Below, one piece after another: positions 1 to 11,315 of a DNA stretch of 44,400 nt. The translations under genes were made by a program, and so were the position numbers. The stretch comes from Octopus bimaculoides. Lineage: Eukaryota. The notes under the pieces are model-generated. The model was not told the origin of the DNA and did no database searches. It saw nothing but the letters and a program-made list of their open reading frames with translations. The first letter of the stretch is position 1; each line of letters opens with the position of its first letter. The stretch is taken from contig NC_068984.1 in NCBI RefSeq assembly GCF_001194135.2, positions 129,136,521 to 129,180,920 on the forward strand, read 5' to 3'.

Positions 1-51
<51 letters not shown>

Positions 52-57
52 CTGATT

Positions 58-118
<61 letters not shown>

Positions 119-120
119 AC
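1..120. repeat. (AGAT)n tetranucleotide microsatellite
   Basis: Near-perfect AGAT array from the window start, with one interruption at about 51-58. Confidence 0.98.
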
Positions 121-770
121 AAGCAGACAGACAGATAAATATATATAGATTTATGTATCTATGCACTTGTGTGCGTGTGTGAATGTATATTTATGTATTT
201 ATATGTATACATATAGACGTATATACATATGTGCGTGTGTTTGTGTGTGTGCTCATATATATATGTATGTACATGAATATATATATATATATATATATAT
301 ATAACCATCGGCTTATGTTTACATTCGCTCAGACATTTATATCTTATATCTTTTCTATTTTATTATATATTATATTTATCTTATGATATTTACTTTACTT
401 TATATTATACTCATTTATTGTGCTTTTAATTATTAATTTTTCTATATGTGATAGTGGATTTTCATCGATGAGTTCTTGAAAATTGGTTATTTTCCCTAAA
501 ACTATATATTTTATATATATATATATATACTGATACCCGTGTGCACATACTCACACACGCACACATAGAGTGGTATTCAAGTTCAAATTGCACGACAAAT
601 CACTAGCATTTAGAACTTCATGTGTATTCTCATTTGACTGAAGGGAAACCGTGACATGAACTCATATTACGGGTCACGTATATTTTGGCTGGAATCCACA
701 ATTGGTTATGTCACAGAGTGCAGGTCGAAAACAAAACGAAACAAGATTTTGTTTAAATAATTCAAAAACT

Positions 771-924
771 GGCGGTAAGCTGACAGAATCGCTAGCATAC
801 TCGGCGAAATGTTTATCATATTTCGTTCTGGGTTCAAATTCCACCGAGGTCAACTTTGCCTTTCATCCTTTTGGGGTCGATAAAATAAATACCATTTGAC
901 ATTGGGGGTCGATGTAATCGACTT
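771..924 (+). mobile_element. tRNA-derived SINE, family B, partial copy
   Basis: ggcggtaagctgacagaatcgctagca...gggttcaaattccaccgaggtcaactttgcctttcatcc...ggggtcgat. Has a B-box-like GGTTCAAAT and matches the copies at 4620-5241, 14182-14393 and 37446-37655. Confidence 0.88.
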
Positions 925-1133
925 AGCTATGCCTGGGTATAAATATAAAAACTGCACCCCTGTGCATGTGGAGCCAATGTGACAGGAATAGGTCCATCAA
1001 ACGAATATGATCTCAAGTTCAAATTCACGGTCTCCACATCAGACTGAGGTTGGCGGAGTCAACATGCTGAGGTCTCCATCCAACAGTCAACTGAACACGG
1101 ATATTCCGATCCAATTCAAAAACTGTTTTGTTT

Positions 1134-1200
1134 TATATTATATTATATTATATTATATTATATTATATTATATTATATTATATCGTATTATATTATATTA
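1134..1200. repeat. (TATTA)n pentanucleotide microsatellite
   Basis: Direct tandem array. Confidence 0.95.
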
Positions 1201-1319
1201 TATATACATAGCAAATTGATAACAAAAGACAAAATCGAATACAAAAAATCAACAAAAGTCCGGGGAACGTTCACAGTTAATATTATTAGGTTGATGCTCA
1301 AAAACGGAAAGAGCTATAA

Positions 1320-2345
1320 AACTTAGATATGTTTCGACCAAAGATTGGTCCAGGCCATGTCTAACTTAATAGCACCACCTGATAGGATTATCCAAATCCT
1401 TTTTACAGTCAAGTTTTGTCTATGGTCCATTCAAGTAGAGTTCTTATTGAGTGAGTTGTATCCAGGTATGCGTGGCTTGTCTGGTATTCTTTGAAGAAAG
1501 CTGTCTAGACTCTGTTTAAAGCTGATAGGATCCTTTTCCTCTTTTATCTGTTTCTGGACAATGTTAAACAGGGCAGGGCCTGTTGAGGAAAAGAAATTAT
1601 GCCGCAATATACATATATGTTGTGATCCNNNNNNNNNNNNNNNNNNNNNNNNNNNNNNNNNNNNNNNNNNNNNNNNNNNNNNNNNNNNNNNNNNNNNNNN
1701 NNNNNNNNNNNNNNNNNNNNNNNNNNNNNNNNNNNNNNNNNNNNNNNNNNNNNNNNNNNNNNNNNNNNNNNNNNNNNNNNNNNNNNNNNNNNNNNNNNNN
1801 NNNNNNNNNNNNNNNNNNNNNNNNNNNNNNNNNNNNNNNNNNNNNNNNNNNNNNNNNNNNNNNNNNNNNNNNNNNNNNNNNNNNNNNNNNNNNNNNNNNN
1901 NNNNNNNNNNNNNNNNNNNNNNNNNNNNNNNNNNNNNNNNNNNNNNNNNNNNNNNNNNNNNNNNNNNNNNNNNNNNNNNNNNNNNNNNNNNNNNNNNNNN
2001 NNNNNNNNNNNNNNNNNNNNNNNNNNNNNNNNNNNNNNNNNNNNNNNNNNNNNNNNNNNNNNNNNNNNNNNNNNNNNNNNNNNNNNNNNNNNNNNNNNNN
2101 NNNNNNNNNNNNNNNNNNNNNNNNNNNNNNNNNNNNNNNNNNNNNNNNNNNNNNNNNNNNNNNNNNNNNNNNNNNNNNNNNNNNNNNNNNNNNNNNNNNN
2201 NNNNNGCATAATTTGATGCATTAATAATGATATCTACGTAGTTGGGTGGTTTTTCAAAGTCTCCCCCACACAGCTTTTGTCTGGTCAATGACATTTCAGT
2301 GAGTTTCTGGAGGGAGAAATAATTGAATAGGACGAATTCTGTCGT
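1320..2345 (-). mobile_element. CR1-like LINE 3' fragment (ORF2 C-terminus plus 3' tail), interrupted by an N-gap
   Basis: Minus-strand LRHNFFSSTGPALFNIVQKQIKEEKDPISFKQSLDSFLQRIPDKPRIPGYNSLNKNS matches the CR1-type post-RT motif GPxLFN..FK..LD.FL..IPD.P..PGY. The far side of the gap gives weaker YFSLQ and PNYVDII. The tail reads GGTGGTGC..CATGGCC..stem..GAAAC. Confidence 0.8.
1629..2205. other. Assembly gap (N-run)
   Basis: Run of N. Confidence 1.
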
Positions 2346-2528
2346 AGAAGACTGACAAACTAATCAATTAATAATGTAACATCTGCGTGTTTGTGTGCAT
2401 GCTAGCATCTAGATATAAATATGTTTACGCGTAAGCGATTGCATGCGTAAGCAATTGTATGTATGTATGTATGTATATGTATGTATTCTCATGCATATAG
2501 TTGCATGTCTTGACATGCTCATATATAC

Positions 2529-2870
2529 TTAAATGATAAACTTCTGGAAAGTTTTACAGATTTATGCAGTTCCAGTGATGGATTGGATCTGTAGTTTTCG
2601 AATTAGTTTCTTCCTTTCTCGTTTTGAGAAGCCCAATTTCTCATGATTGGTATTTAGGCAGTGTGTTACATATCCTAGCACCCCAGTAATTACAGGTATA
2701 AACCTGAACTTGTTATCTGGGTAGAGTAATTGCAGATTTCTCAATAGTTCAGCGTACGTATTCTCTTTTTCACTGATCTTCAGCTGTATGTTAACATCCG
2801 CTGGGCAGCTGATTTCCAAAACTGCACACACTTTTTCTTCTCTATTCCAAATTACCGTGACAGCTCCAGG
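2529..2870 (-). mobile_element. Non-LTR retrotransposon C-terminal restriction-like endonuclease (REL) relic, R4/NeSL/CRE-type
   Basis: VIWNREEKVCAVLEISCPADVNIQLKISEKENTYAELLRNLQLLYPDNKFRFIPVITGVLG...LQIQSITGTA*ICKTFQKFII* fits the REL pattern (PD)..D/E..P.D.N...K..EK..KY..L...P.I.G.LG. It has one internal stop and is 5'-truncated at a (GTAT)n array. Confidence 0.8.
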
Positions 2871-2920
2871 TATGTATGTATGTATGTATGTATGTATGTA
2901 TGTATGTATGTATGTATGTA
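2870..2920. repeat. (GTAT)n microsatellite
   Basis: Direct tandem array. Confidence 0.97.
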
Positions 2921-2937
2921 TTGTGTCCATGATTATG

Positions 2938-3575
2938 AAGCCACCAAGTTAGATGGTTTGGTCATCTTGTATGTGTAGAGAATTCCTGCATGTCAAAACA
3001 AGTGCTCCACAGTGATCTGGGGCAAGTAAAACTTCCCCAGTGCAAACTACGCAAGCGCATCAAAGACTGTCTTGAAGACACACATAAAAAGATCGATATC
3101 GATACTAACACCAAGGAAGCTCTTGAATCAGATAGGGAACTGTGGAGGAATCTGATCGCGACTTGTGTTAAGGTATTGGGTTGTATACACTGCTTTGAAA
3201 CGTGCTGGTAAATATATGAAGGATATGACCCCTCTACCTGAGAAGGGCACAAAAGAGTCTCTTTCGTGTAACCATTGTGGTTGTGCCTACTACCTCAAAA
3301 GCAGGCCTACTCAGCCACAAGTGAGGTCACAGAGAGGCTCCCGTCTACTAATATAATACCTAACATGATATCTGGTGTGTGTTGTCTAGCAGAATGTGTG
3401 GGTCGGACAGTGGGTTCACTCGGCATCTAGGCGGTGGGGCTGCTGCCGCAGAGCTGACTTGTAGTCGGCGTGAAATGATTTATAAGTCCCTTGCAAGCCT
3501 TAAGAACCAAATGAGACATCGTCAGTGTTTCGGAAGTGGTCTTGTTTGATTACGAGTCGACTTCCACCATATAAG
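2938..3575 (+). mobile_element. RTE-clade LINE 3' fragment
   Basis: HQVRWFGHLVCVENSCMSKQVLHSDLGQVKLPQCKLRKRIKDCLEDTHKKIDID...EALESDRELWRNLI matches the RTE C-terminus RW.GH..RM...R.PKQ.LYGEL..GKR..G....R.KD.LK...ID...WE.LA.DR..WR. It is followed by frameshifted CxxC..S..G...H motifs. Confidence 0.82.
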
Positions 3576-4619
3576 TATGTATATGTATGAATATACACAA
3601 GCACATGAACTACACGTGGATTATACCATACAATATTTCGTTTCCGGTTTCTACGTTAGCATATATTTTTCCTTATTCTGCATTTTTGAAGTTACTGTCT
3701 TTCAATGTAATAATGAGTATCATTGCTACAGGAATACTTATCAGAAGATCAGTTGAAAATATGCTTTCTAATGTTACTAATAAAGGTTAGGATTACTGTG
3801 AGTTGCTTGGAATATATATTGATGTACTGCAGTTTACATTTGTGTTTACTATAGTGGCAGCATTTACTAGTATCTAAAACTATGCTGATAATCGTATCTA
3901 CTGCAATAATTTTATCTAACCCTCTGAATATGTTAATGAATTTCTCCCATATAGTATCCTTTCTGTGGCCATTTAAACTTCAGAAAATGAATCTGCACCA
4001 TCAGAGTAAAGACCAAAGTCTGTAAACCGGAAATTCTTCCGAAGTATGTTTAATTTATACGATCTTACCAACTCATACACTTTAGACCCATTGTGCGAAA
4101 CAATTTCTGGCCATTACAGTTAATTATTAACAATTTTTGGCCATTGCGATTAACTGTAAAAAAAAATTATTATCCTAAGTACCAAAGATATGTACATAAC
4201 AATAATTTCGAAATCACTAATTGGAATATTATAACCTCCACTGAATTATAAAGACTTTAGATTAAATGAATTTAGTTATATACGCGAAGAACTCTACTCT
4301 ATAAAACTATAAAATTTCAGTTATTTATCTATGTTAGTGAATCAGTTAATAACTGATAAGCTATTATTATAAATTAGAAAAGAATAGATTTGTCTAATGC
4401 TGAAAACGATAGAAATTTAAACTACTTTTACTGGCTCTAATTATCTTAATTTTTCCATGATTTATTAGTCTACATTTGGTGTTGGCGAGAAAATTCTCTT
4501 CGTGACTTTTAAAATTTCTCTTCTATTGTCCATCTTTGCATCAGTAGCTATATTTTGTAGCTACATTAATAGCATGTTAGCTACTAGATTTGGATTTCTT
4601 ACTGCTATTGGTAATAAGG

Positions 4620-4831
4620 GTTTCGAATTTTGGCACAAGGTCAGTAATTTCGGGAGAGGTGCTAAGTCAGTTACAACGATCCCAGTGTTCAACTGGTATT
4701 TATTTTACTGACTCCGAATGGATAGAAGGCAAAGTCGGTGAGGGCGGAATTTGAACTCAGAACGTAAAGACGTGCGAAATACCACGAAGCAATTTGTCCG
4801 GCGTTCAAACGATTCTGCCAGCTTGCCGCCT
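4620..4831 (-). mobile_element. tRNA-derived SINE, family B, older diverged copy
   Basis: Reverse complement starts aaggcggcaagctggcagaatcgtttgaacgccggac...gttctgagttcaaattccgcc and ends in the ccttgtgccaaaattcgaaac tail. Confidence 0.88.
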
Positions 4832-4842
4832 TCACATTTGCA

Positions 4843-5241
4843 AATATTTTTTCTATTCTAAGGCACAAGGCCCGAAATTTTGGGGGAGGGGGGGGCAGTC
4901 AATTAGATCGACCCCAGTACGTAACTGGTACTTAATTTATCGACCCCGAGAGGATGAGTGGCAAAGTCGACCTCGGCGGAATTTAAACTCAGAACGTAAA
5001 GACAGACGAAATACCTATTTCGTTATTGCCCACAAGGGGCTAAACGTAGAGGGAACAAACAAGAACAGACGAACGGATTAAGTCGATTACATTAAGTCGT
5101 AACTGGTACTTAATTTATCGACCCCGAAAGGATGAATGGCAAAGTCGACCTCGGCGGAATTTGAACTCAGAACGTAAAGACAGACGAAATACCGCTAAGC
5201 ATTTCATCCGGGGTGCTAACGATTCTACCAGCTCGCCGCCT
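4843..5241 (-). mobile_element. tRNA-derived SINE, family B, internally duplicated (dimeric) copy
   Basis: Two near-identical blocks (ctggtacttaatttatcgaccccga...gcaaagtcgacctcggcggaattt.aactcagaacgtaaagacagacgaaatacc) at about 4925-5015 and 5103-5193. Confidence 0.92.
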
Positions 5242-6063
5242 TCGATTTTGCTAATATTGTTTGAAGATTTTTCAATATCTCTTGGTATCGTACACATTTT
5301 TGGTTTTGTCTCGGAAACATGAAAACATTTGAAGTTTTTAACATTTTTTCCCTCGTTTTCTTGTATATCTTGAAAGTTGTTTTAGGTATTGGATGACTAT
5401 TTTTTAAACTTATCCTTTTTTATCATATTGTGATAGCCAGACTCTAAGAATTACAGCCCTTTGTTCTTTACAACATCTGGAGCCGAACTTATCTTTTTCT
5501 TGGTAATATCTGTATTCCTCTTATTGACCAAATGTCTTTTACTTCATTTTCTTGATCATTTAAATTCGACACTTAATTTACACCTTTTTAATTGTATGAT
5601 GTGAGGGCAGTCTTTGCAGAAAATCTCATGTGTTGCTGTTCCATTTTCGGCTTTTGTAACTCCCACGTGGACAATACTCTATAAACTGACGAGCAATATA
5701 TGGATAGTCGAAAATTTATTTTTGCAAATAAGGAAAAGGTATTCGAAAGATAAAGTAGAATGTGTATACCGTATTAAAAGTATAAAAAAATCTTTGAATC
5801 AGCAGGCTGAGTTTCATGTTGCTTATTTTTCAAACAATTGTAGTACGGAAGCAGCGTGACAATATATCAACAGAAATATTCACAAACATCCTGAAAAGTG
5901 ATTAGTCATCAACATTGAATTGACTGCTGAAAAGCCGTCAGCAAATGCGTTACACATTCATCAATTCATCTATTCTACTATACATCATGTGTTCTGTGTC
6001 ATGCACAGAACACGTGATCAGAATTGCTTTCTTTGTGCCTAATTCAGAAACCACACACACACA

Positions 6064-6064
6064 C

Positions 6065-6132
<68 letters not shown>
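6064..6132. repeat. (AGAT)n microsatellite preceded by a short (CA)n
   Basis: Direct tandem array. Confidence 0.97.
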
Positions 6133-6133
<1 letters not shown>

Positions 6134-6477
6134 TGCATATCGAGAGAGAACGGAGGAGGATAGTGACAGATTCACAGCAAAGGAATATATTATCCTACCA
6201 CTTTGACAATAAGCCAGGGACAAAAAAGATGCGAAAGTGAATTATGTTATTGAAAATGTAGATTTGCCTCCGGTTCAATATTAGGTGAGGTGAAGCAGAA
6301 ATCATCGCATCAAAGTCAGAATCAAAAGCGGAACAAGAGAAAACAAACTACGTGGAAGTTTTCTATACAAATGTCAAATGTAATATGAATCAATGACAGC
6401 AAAACATTATGAAGAAGAAAGGAAAACTAGAACAGCCCAGGGAGAATTAAGAAGATTTTGTTATCCATTTAGGTGAA

Positions 6478-6872
6478 AGCATGCCTGCGTGGTTGCAAAG
6501 CGAGCTTCTTAGCCACGTGGTTTCGTGTTCAGTCCCACTGCATAGTACTTTGGGTAGGTATCTTCTACTATAGAATACCGGAGTTGATTAATGCCTTGTG
6601 ATTGAATTTTGTATACGGAAACTGTGTGGAAGCTCTTCGTATGTGTGGAGAGGCTGTTTTGTGTTTGTGTTCGTGCTTGTTTCCTCTGCCACTTGACTAC
6701 TGGTATTAGTTTGTTTGCGTTCCCCATAACATAGCAGTTCGGTAACAGGAACCGATAGAATAAATATTCAGCTTAAAACGTATGTACGATGGTTGATATG
6801 TTCGATATAAACTTTCTGGGCGGTGACCCAGCAGGCTACAGTCTAATGACTGAAGCCTGTAAAAGATAAAGA
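6478..6872 (+). mobile_element. tRNA-derived SINE, family A, old full-length copy
   Basis: Colinear with 22641-23061: gttcagtcccactgc, tcttctactatag, gccttgtga..acggaaactg, cgatagaataa, and the tail gggcggtgacccagca..cagtctaatgactgaag. Confidence 0.85.
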
Positions 6873-7299
6873 ACAAATGATAAAATATATTTATTTAATT
6901 ATTCATTATAAATTAACATAAACATAATCGCTTCAGAGATCGAAGACAGCAACAACTAAAGAATGCTAAGTATTAAGACTTGTCATAAGATAGCATGTAG
7001 CCTCATTCCCTCACTGAAATCGGTTGCCGAAGTTTCCCAGCAAGATTACTACCCTATTTCTTGCAGAAAAAAAAAACGGTTTGAATCCCCAAACAAGTGA
7101 AGAAAGCAACTAGAGAGATAGCCATGGTAGTTGAAACAGTTAAGGCGATTATGGTTGACAAAAGGGCAAAGATAGAACCTTTCTGTAGACTAAGTTTAGT
7201 GTAGTCTTCATTACCCCGCTGAAGTGAAACGCACAGGCTATGGGACGAAACGCTTGTGACTCTGAGATAACAGCTAAAGATGCAGATGGGATGCCAACA

Positions 7300-7485
7300 A
7301 TACGAACACTTTAGACACCATCAAGAGAAGAGTTTGCAGCATCTTTAAATAGTTTTGCAGCATTTGTTTGGAGCAAAGCATCATTGTGTTATTTCACTTC
7401 ATCTTCACAGTAAGAGATAAGGTTTTTCACTGAGTATGGCCTGAAGTATGGCCGCCGCACACCTTGCACTCTATATCACCGCATG
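7300..7485 (+). mobile_element. Possible very degraded CR1/L2 ORF2 C-terminal relic
   Basis: WDANNTNTLDTIKRR followed by ASLCYF weakly resembles WDG...LD.IQ.RA...RR.VSSLCLFY. The match is weak. Confidence 0.3.
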
Positions 7486-8016
7486 NNNNNNNNNNNNNNN
7501 NNNNNNNNNNNNNNNNNNNNNNNNNNNNNNNNNNNNNNNNNNNNNNNNNNNNNNNNNNNNNNNNNNNNNNNNNNNNNNNNNNNNNNNNNNNNNNNNNNNN
7601 NNNNNNNNNNNNNNNNNNNNNNNNNNNNNNNNNNNNNNNNNNNNNNNNNNNNNNNNNNNNNNNNNNNNNNNNNNNNNNNNNNNNNNNNNNNNNNNNNNNN
7701 NNNNNNNNNNNNNNNNNNNNNNNNNNNNNNNNNNNNNNNNNNNNNNNNNNNNNNNNNNNNNNNNNNNNNNNNNNNNNNNNNNNNNNNNNNNNNNNNNNNN
7801 NNNNNNNNNNNNNNNNNNNNNNNNNNNNNNNNNNNNNNNNNNNNNNNNNNNNNNNNNNNNNNNNNNNNNNNNNNNNNNNNNNNNNNNNNNNNNNNNNNNN
7901 NNNNNNNNNNNNNNNNNNNNNNNNNNNNNNNNNNNNNNNNNNNNNNNNNNNNNNNNNNNNNNNNNNNNNNNNNNNNNNNNNNNNNNNNNNNNNNNNNNNN
8001 NNNNNNNNNNNNNNNN
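7486..8016. other. Assembly gap (N-run)
   Basis: Run of N. Confidence 1.
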
Positions 8017-8089
8017 AATAACAACACCAGTTAGTACTTCTACTACTACAACTACTACTAGTATTTACACATCTGTTCTATAAGTAAAA

Positions 8090-8340
8090 AGTACAGCTCC
8101 TTCTCGAGTCGTATAGACTCATAGAGCAGGTTTCCCGGTTTCCATGGCATATAAATTCCCCACCTGGACGGGACGCCAATCCGTCGCAGCATTATTCATT
8201 TTTGCCAGCTGAGTGGACCGGAGCAACGTGAAATGAAGTGTTTTGCTGAAGAACATAACGCATCGCCCCGTCCAAGAATCGAAACCATAATCGTCCGATC
8301 ATGATTCCAACACCCTAAACACTAAGTTACGCGCCTCCAC
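8090..8340 (-). mobile_element. tRNA-derived SINE, family C, with a MetaSINE-like core
   Basis: Minus-strand tRNA-like head (aacttagtgtttagggtgttggaatcatgatc...ggtttcgattc), then gagcaaaacact-like segment, then GCTGCGACGGATTGGCGTCCCGTCCAGGTGGGG...GGAAACCGGGAAAC. Confidence 0.8.
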
Positions 8341-8764
8341 CATATGTTATATAGTGAACTGAAATACTTCTATCAACTAAGATTATCTAAGTCATTTGCA
8401 AAGACAAAAACTCCTTGTGGGAATGTTTAAAGTCTATGAAACAAGCAAACGAATAAACAAGATAGATAACTCCAATAAAATCAGTAGATTGAAATTTTTG
8501 GCACATACAGACACTGCACGTGCAGCACTCTATACACTAGGCCACGTGGCTTCATATGCACGTTTATATGTGTGTGTCGGTGCTGGAGATGGCTGGGGTT
8601 TATCTCCCTACAAGTGATAGAAAACATGAGTGCATTTTGCACTAAAAACCAATATAAGTGTTTCTCTCATGGTATCTACCGCAGTATTGCTTGTTCTAAC
8701 ATAACTTCCACGTTTAAGTGGGGATAAATATTACTTCTCGGTATTAACACTGCTCTGACGCTAA

Positions 8765-8925
8765 TATATGCATATGCGTGTGCGTGAGTGCGTGTGCGTT
8801 TGTGTGTGCCTGCCTGCATTTGTGTATGTATGTGTATGTATGTGTATGTATGTACGTATATATGTATGTGTGTATGTATGTATATACAAACGTGTGTATG
8901 CACGTATGTATGCATGTATGTATGT
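8765..8925. repeat. Degenerate (TG)/(TATG) compound microsatellite
   Basis: Direct inspection. Confidence 0.9.
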
Positions 8926-9129
8926 CCACGATTACTGTTGTAGTCTTTGTAATCAACTCGATTTTTATGCCTAATCCCCAATCCTGGAGGATCGGGCCTT
9001 ATTTTATTGTGACATGCGTTCACTATTCTATCCAAACCATTATTAAACTAAAACTCCTCGTGGGACGGTTTGCAATCTAAACATCAACAAGCATGGGAGA
9101 CAACTCTCCTAAGACCAGTTGATCGAGAT

Positions 9130-9274
9130 TTTTAGACGCGCGTTATGCAACCACGTAATTTCGGGTTCAGTCCCAAGCCACCACAGCAACCGTCATCTAC
9201 TGTAACGCCGGGTCTACTAATGCCTTGTGAGTGAACATGGATTCGCGTATAGTATATGGTAGCCTCCCGTATAT

Positions 9275-9311
<37 letters not shown>

Positions 9312-10405
9312 NNNNNNNNNNNNNNNNNNNNNNNNNNNNNNNNNNNNNNNNNNNNNNNNNNNNNNNNNNNNNNNNNNNNNNNNNNNNNNNNNNNNNNNNN
9401 NNNNNNNNNNNNNNNNNNNNNNNNNNNNNNNNNNNNNNNNNNNNNNNNNNNNNNNNNNNNNNNNNNNNNNNNNNNNNNNNNNNNNNNNNNNNNNNNNNNN
9501 NNNNNNNNNNNNNNNNNNNNNNNNNNNNNNNNNNNNNNNNNNNNNNNNNNNNNNNNNNNNNNNNNNNNNNNNNNNNNNNNNNNNNNNNNNNNNNNNNNNN
9601 NNNNNNNNNNNNNNNNNNNNNNNNNNNNNNNNNNNNNNNNNNNNNNNNNNNNNNNNNNNNNNNNNNNNNNNNNNNNNNNNNNNNNNNNNNNNNNNNNNNN
9701 NNNNNNNNNNNNNNNNNNNNNNNNNNNNNNNNNNNNNNNNNNNNNNNNNNNNNNNNNNNNNNNNNNNNNNNNNNNNNNNNNNNNNNNNNNNNNNNNNNNN
9801 NNNNNNNNNNNNNNNNNNNNNNNNNNNNNNNNNNNNNNNNNNNNNNNNNNNNNNNNNNNNNNNNNNNNNNNNNNNNNNNNNNNNNNNNNNNNNNNNNNNN
9901 NNNNNNNNNNNNNNNNNNNNNNNNNNNNNNNNNNNNNNNNNNNNNNNNNNNNNNNNNNNNNNNNNNNNNNNNNNNNNNNNNNNNNNNNNNNNNNNNNNNN
10001 NNNNNNNNNNNNNNNNNNNNNNNNNNNNNNNNNNNNNNNNNNNNNNNNNNNNNNNNNNNNNNNNNNNNNNNNNNNNNNNNNNNNNNNNNNNNNNNNNNNN
10101 NNNNNNNNNNNNNNNNNNNNNNNNNNNNNNNNNNNNNNNNNNNNNNNNNNNNNNNNNNNNNNNNNNNNNNNNNNNNNNNNNNNNNNNNNNNNNNNNNNNN
10201 NNNNNNNNNNNNNNNNNATGTATGTATGTGCGTGTATGAATGTGTGCATGTATGTTTGTGTGTTCGTGTGTACGTATGTGTGTGTGTTCGTGTGTACGTA
10301 TGTGGGTGTGTTGTGTGTGTGTGTGTGTGTGTGTATGCGTGTGTGTGTGTACGTGTGTTTATATGTGTCTTTACCTGGAAAACCGGCATCGATGACAAAT
10401 CAATT
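9130..10405 (+). mobile_element. Family A SINE, degraded, with an expanded internal microsatellite and gap
   Basis: Head caaccacgtaatttcgggttcagtccc...aatgccttgtgagtga at 9145-9235, then (CA)n, gap, (GT)-rich tract and a weak aaccggcatcga remnant. Linkage across the gap is inferred. Confidence 0.6.
9312..10217. other. Assembly gap (N-run)
   Basis: Run of N flanked by CA/GT repeats. Confidence 1.
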
Positions 10406-11244
10406 GAAACATTAACTTATAAAACTAAAGACACAAGTTACGTCTATTTTCTTTAGCCTTGATTCTAGTTCCACTGTCCTGTACAAATAAGACATTTCGT
10501 TAAAGATATTTGTAAGCTAAGAGAGAGTGATTAATTTACATTAAAATGCTTACGTGGGAAGATCAAATATTTATAAACTTAGTTATATATTGACAAGATG
10601 CAGAATCTTTTTGTTGTATTGACGATAAAGCAATGTGACGCTATAAAAGAAAATAGATCGCAAAATCTATTTTAAATAAAATATCGGAATCGTGAGGGTA
10701 AATATTCTGATCAATGTTTATTATTCGTCCCATTAAAGTGAAGGATTTTTTTTCTTTTTACTTCAATATAATTAATATCAATTAAATACTCATGAATATG
10801 TAAATAAGTAATATTAATGCTGGAATTTGCGAGAAATTTTTCGACCGTGCTAATGGTATGCGTGTGTGTAGATGATGGGAGACAACTCATACGAATTAAT
10901 TAGCACATGAAGGAAAATCATTTATTTTTATAGCATTGAATCGAGTGGAACGTAACGTATTTCATGATATAATAGTTGCACTGACATATTAGAGGCAGCC
11001 CAATTTCAACAGCACAAATTCAGGAATTTTCTTTTCTTTTCTTTTTGTGGATCATAAGTTCAACTTTGCACATAAAACCTGGGATGATTTTTTTTAGATC
11101 TTTTGGTAAAATTTGTCTCTTGATATTGTCATTAAATACAGTAGATATTACTTCTTACTGTAAACTTCTTTTGATGCAATTTCATTTCCCGCGTGACACC
11201 TTGTGTACACTGACCAGGTGTCATTACACGCGACACCCCAAGAA

Positions 11245-11315
11245 TATGTCTTCTGTTACGGCTACGGGTCGATCAAAGACTTGTGAGTGAAATCTGGTTG
11301 ATGTATAAAATGTGC
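11245..11315 (+). mobile_element. Family A SINE internal fragment
   Basis: gtcttctgttacggctacgggtcgatcaaagacttgtgagtgaaatctggttga resembles gtcttctactatagcttcgggacgaccaaagccttgtgagtggatttggtaga. Confidence 0.7.

Noticed and set aside
5685-5725. CTGACGA...GAAA hammerhead-like spacing
   Set aside because: Helix II has one pair, and helices I and III are only short A/T matches expected by chance.
9093-10888. 14-bp exact repeat ATGGGAGACAACTC (9093-9106 and 10875-10888) as a TSD
   Set aside because: The enclosed sequence is not a coherent element, and one such match is plausible by chance in 44 kb.
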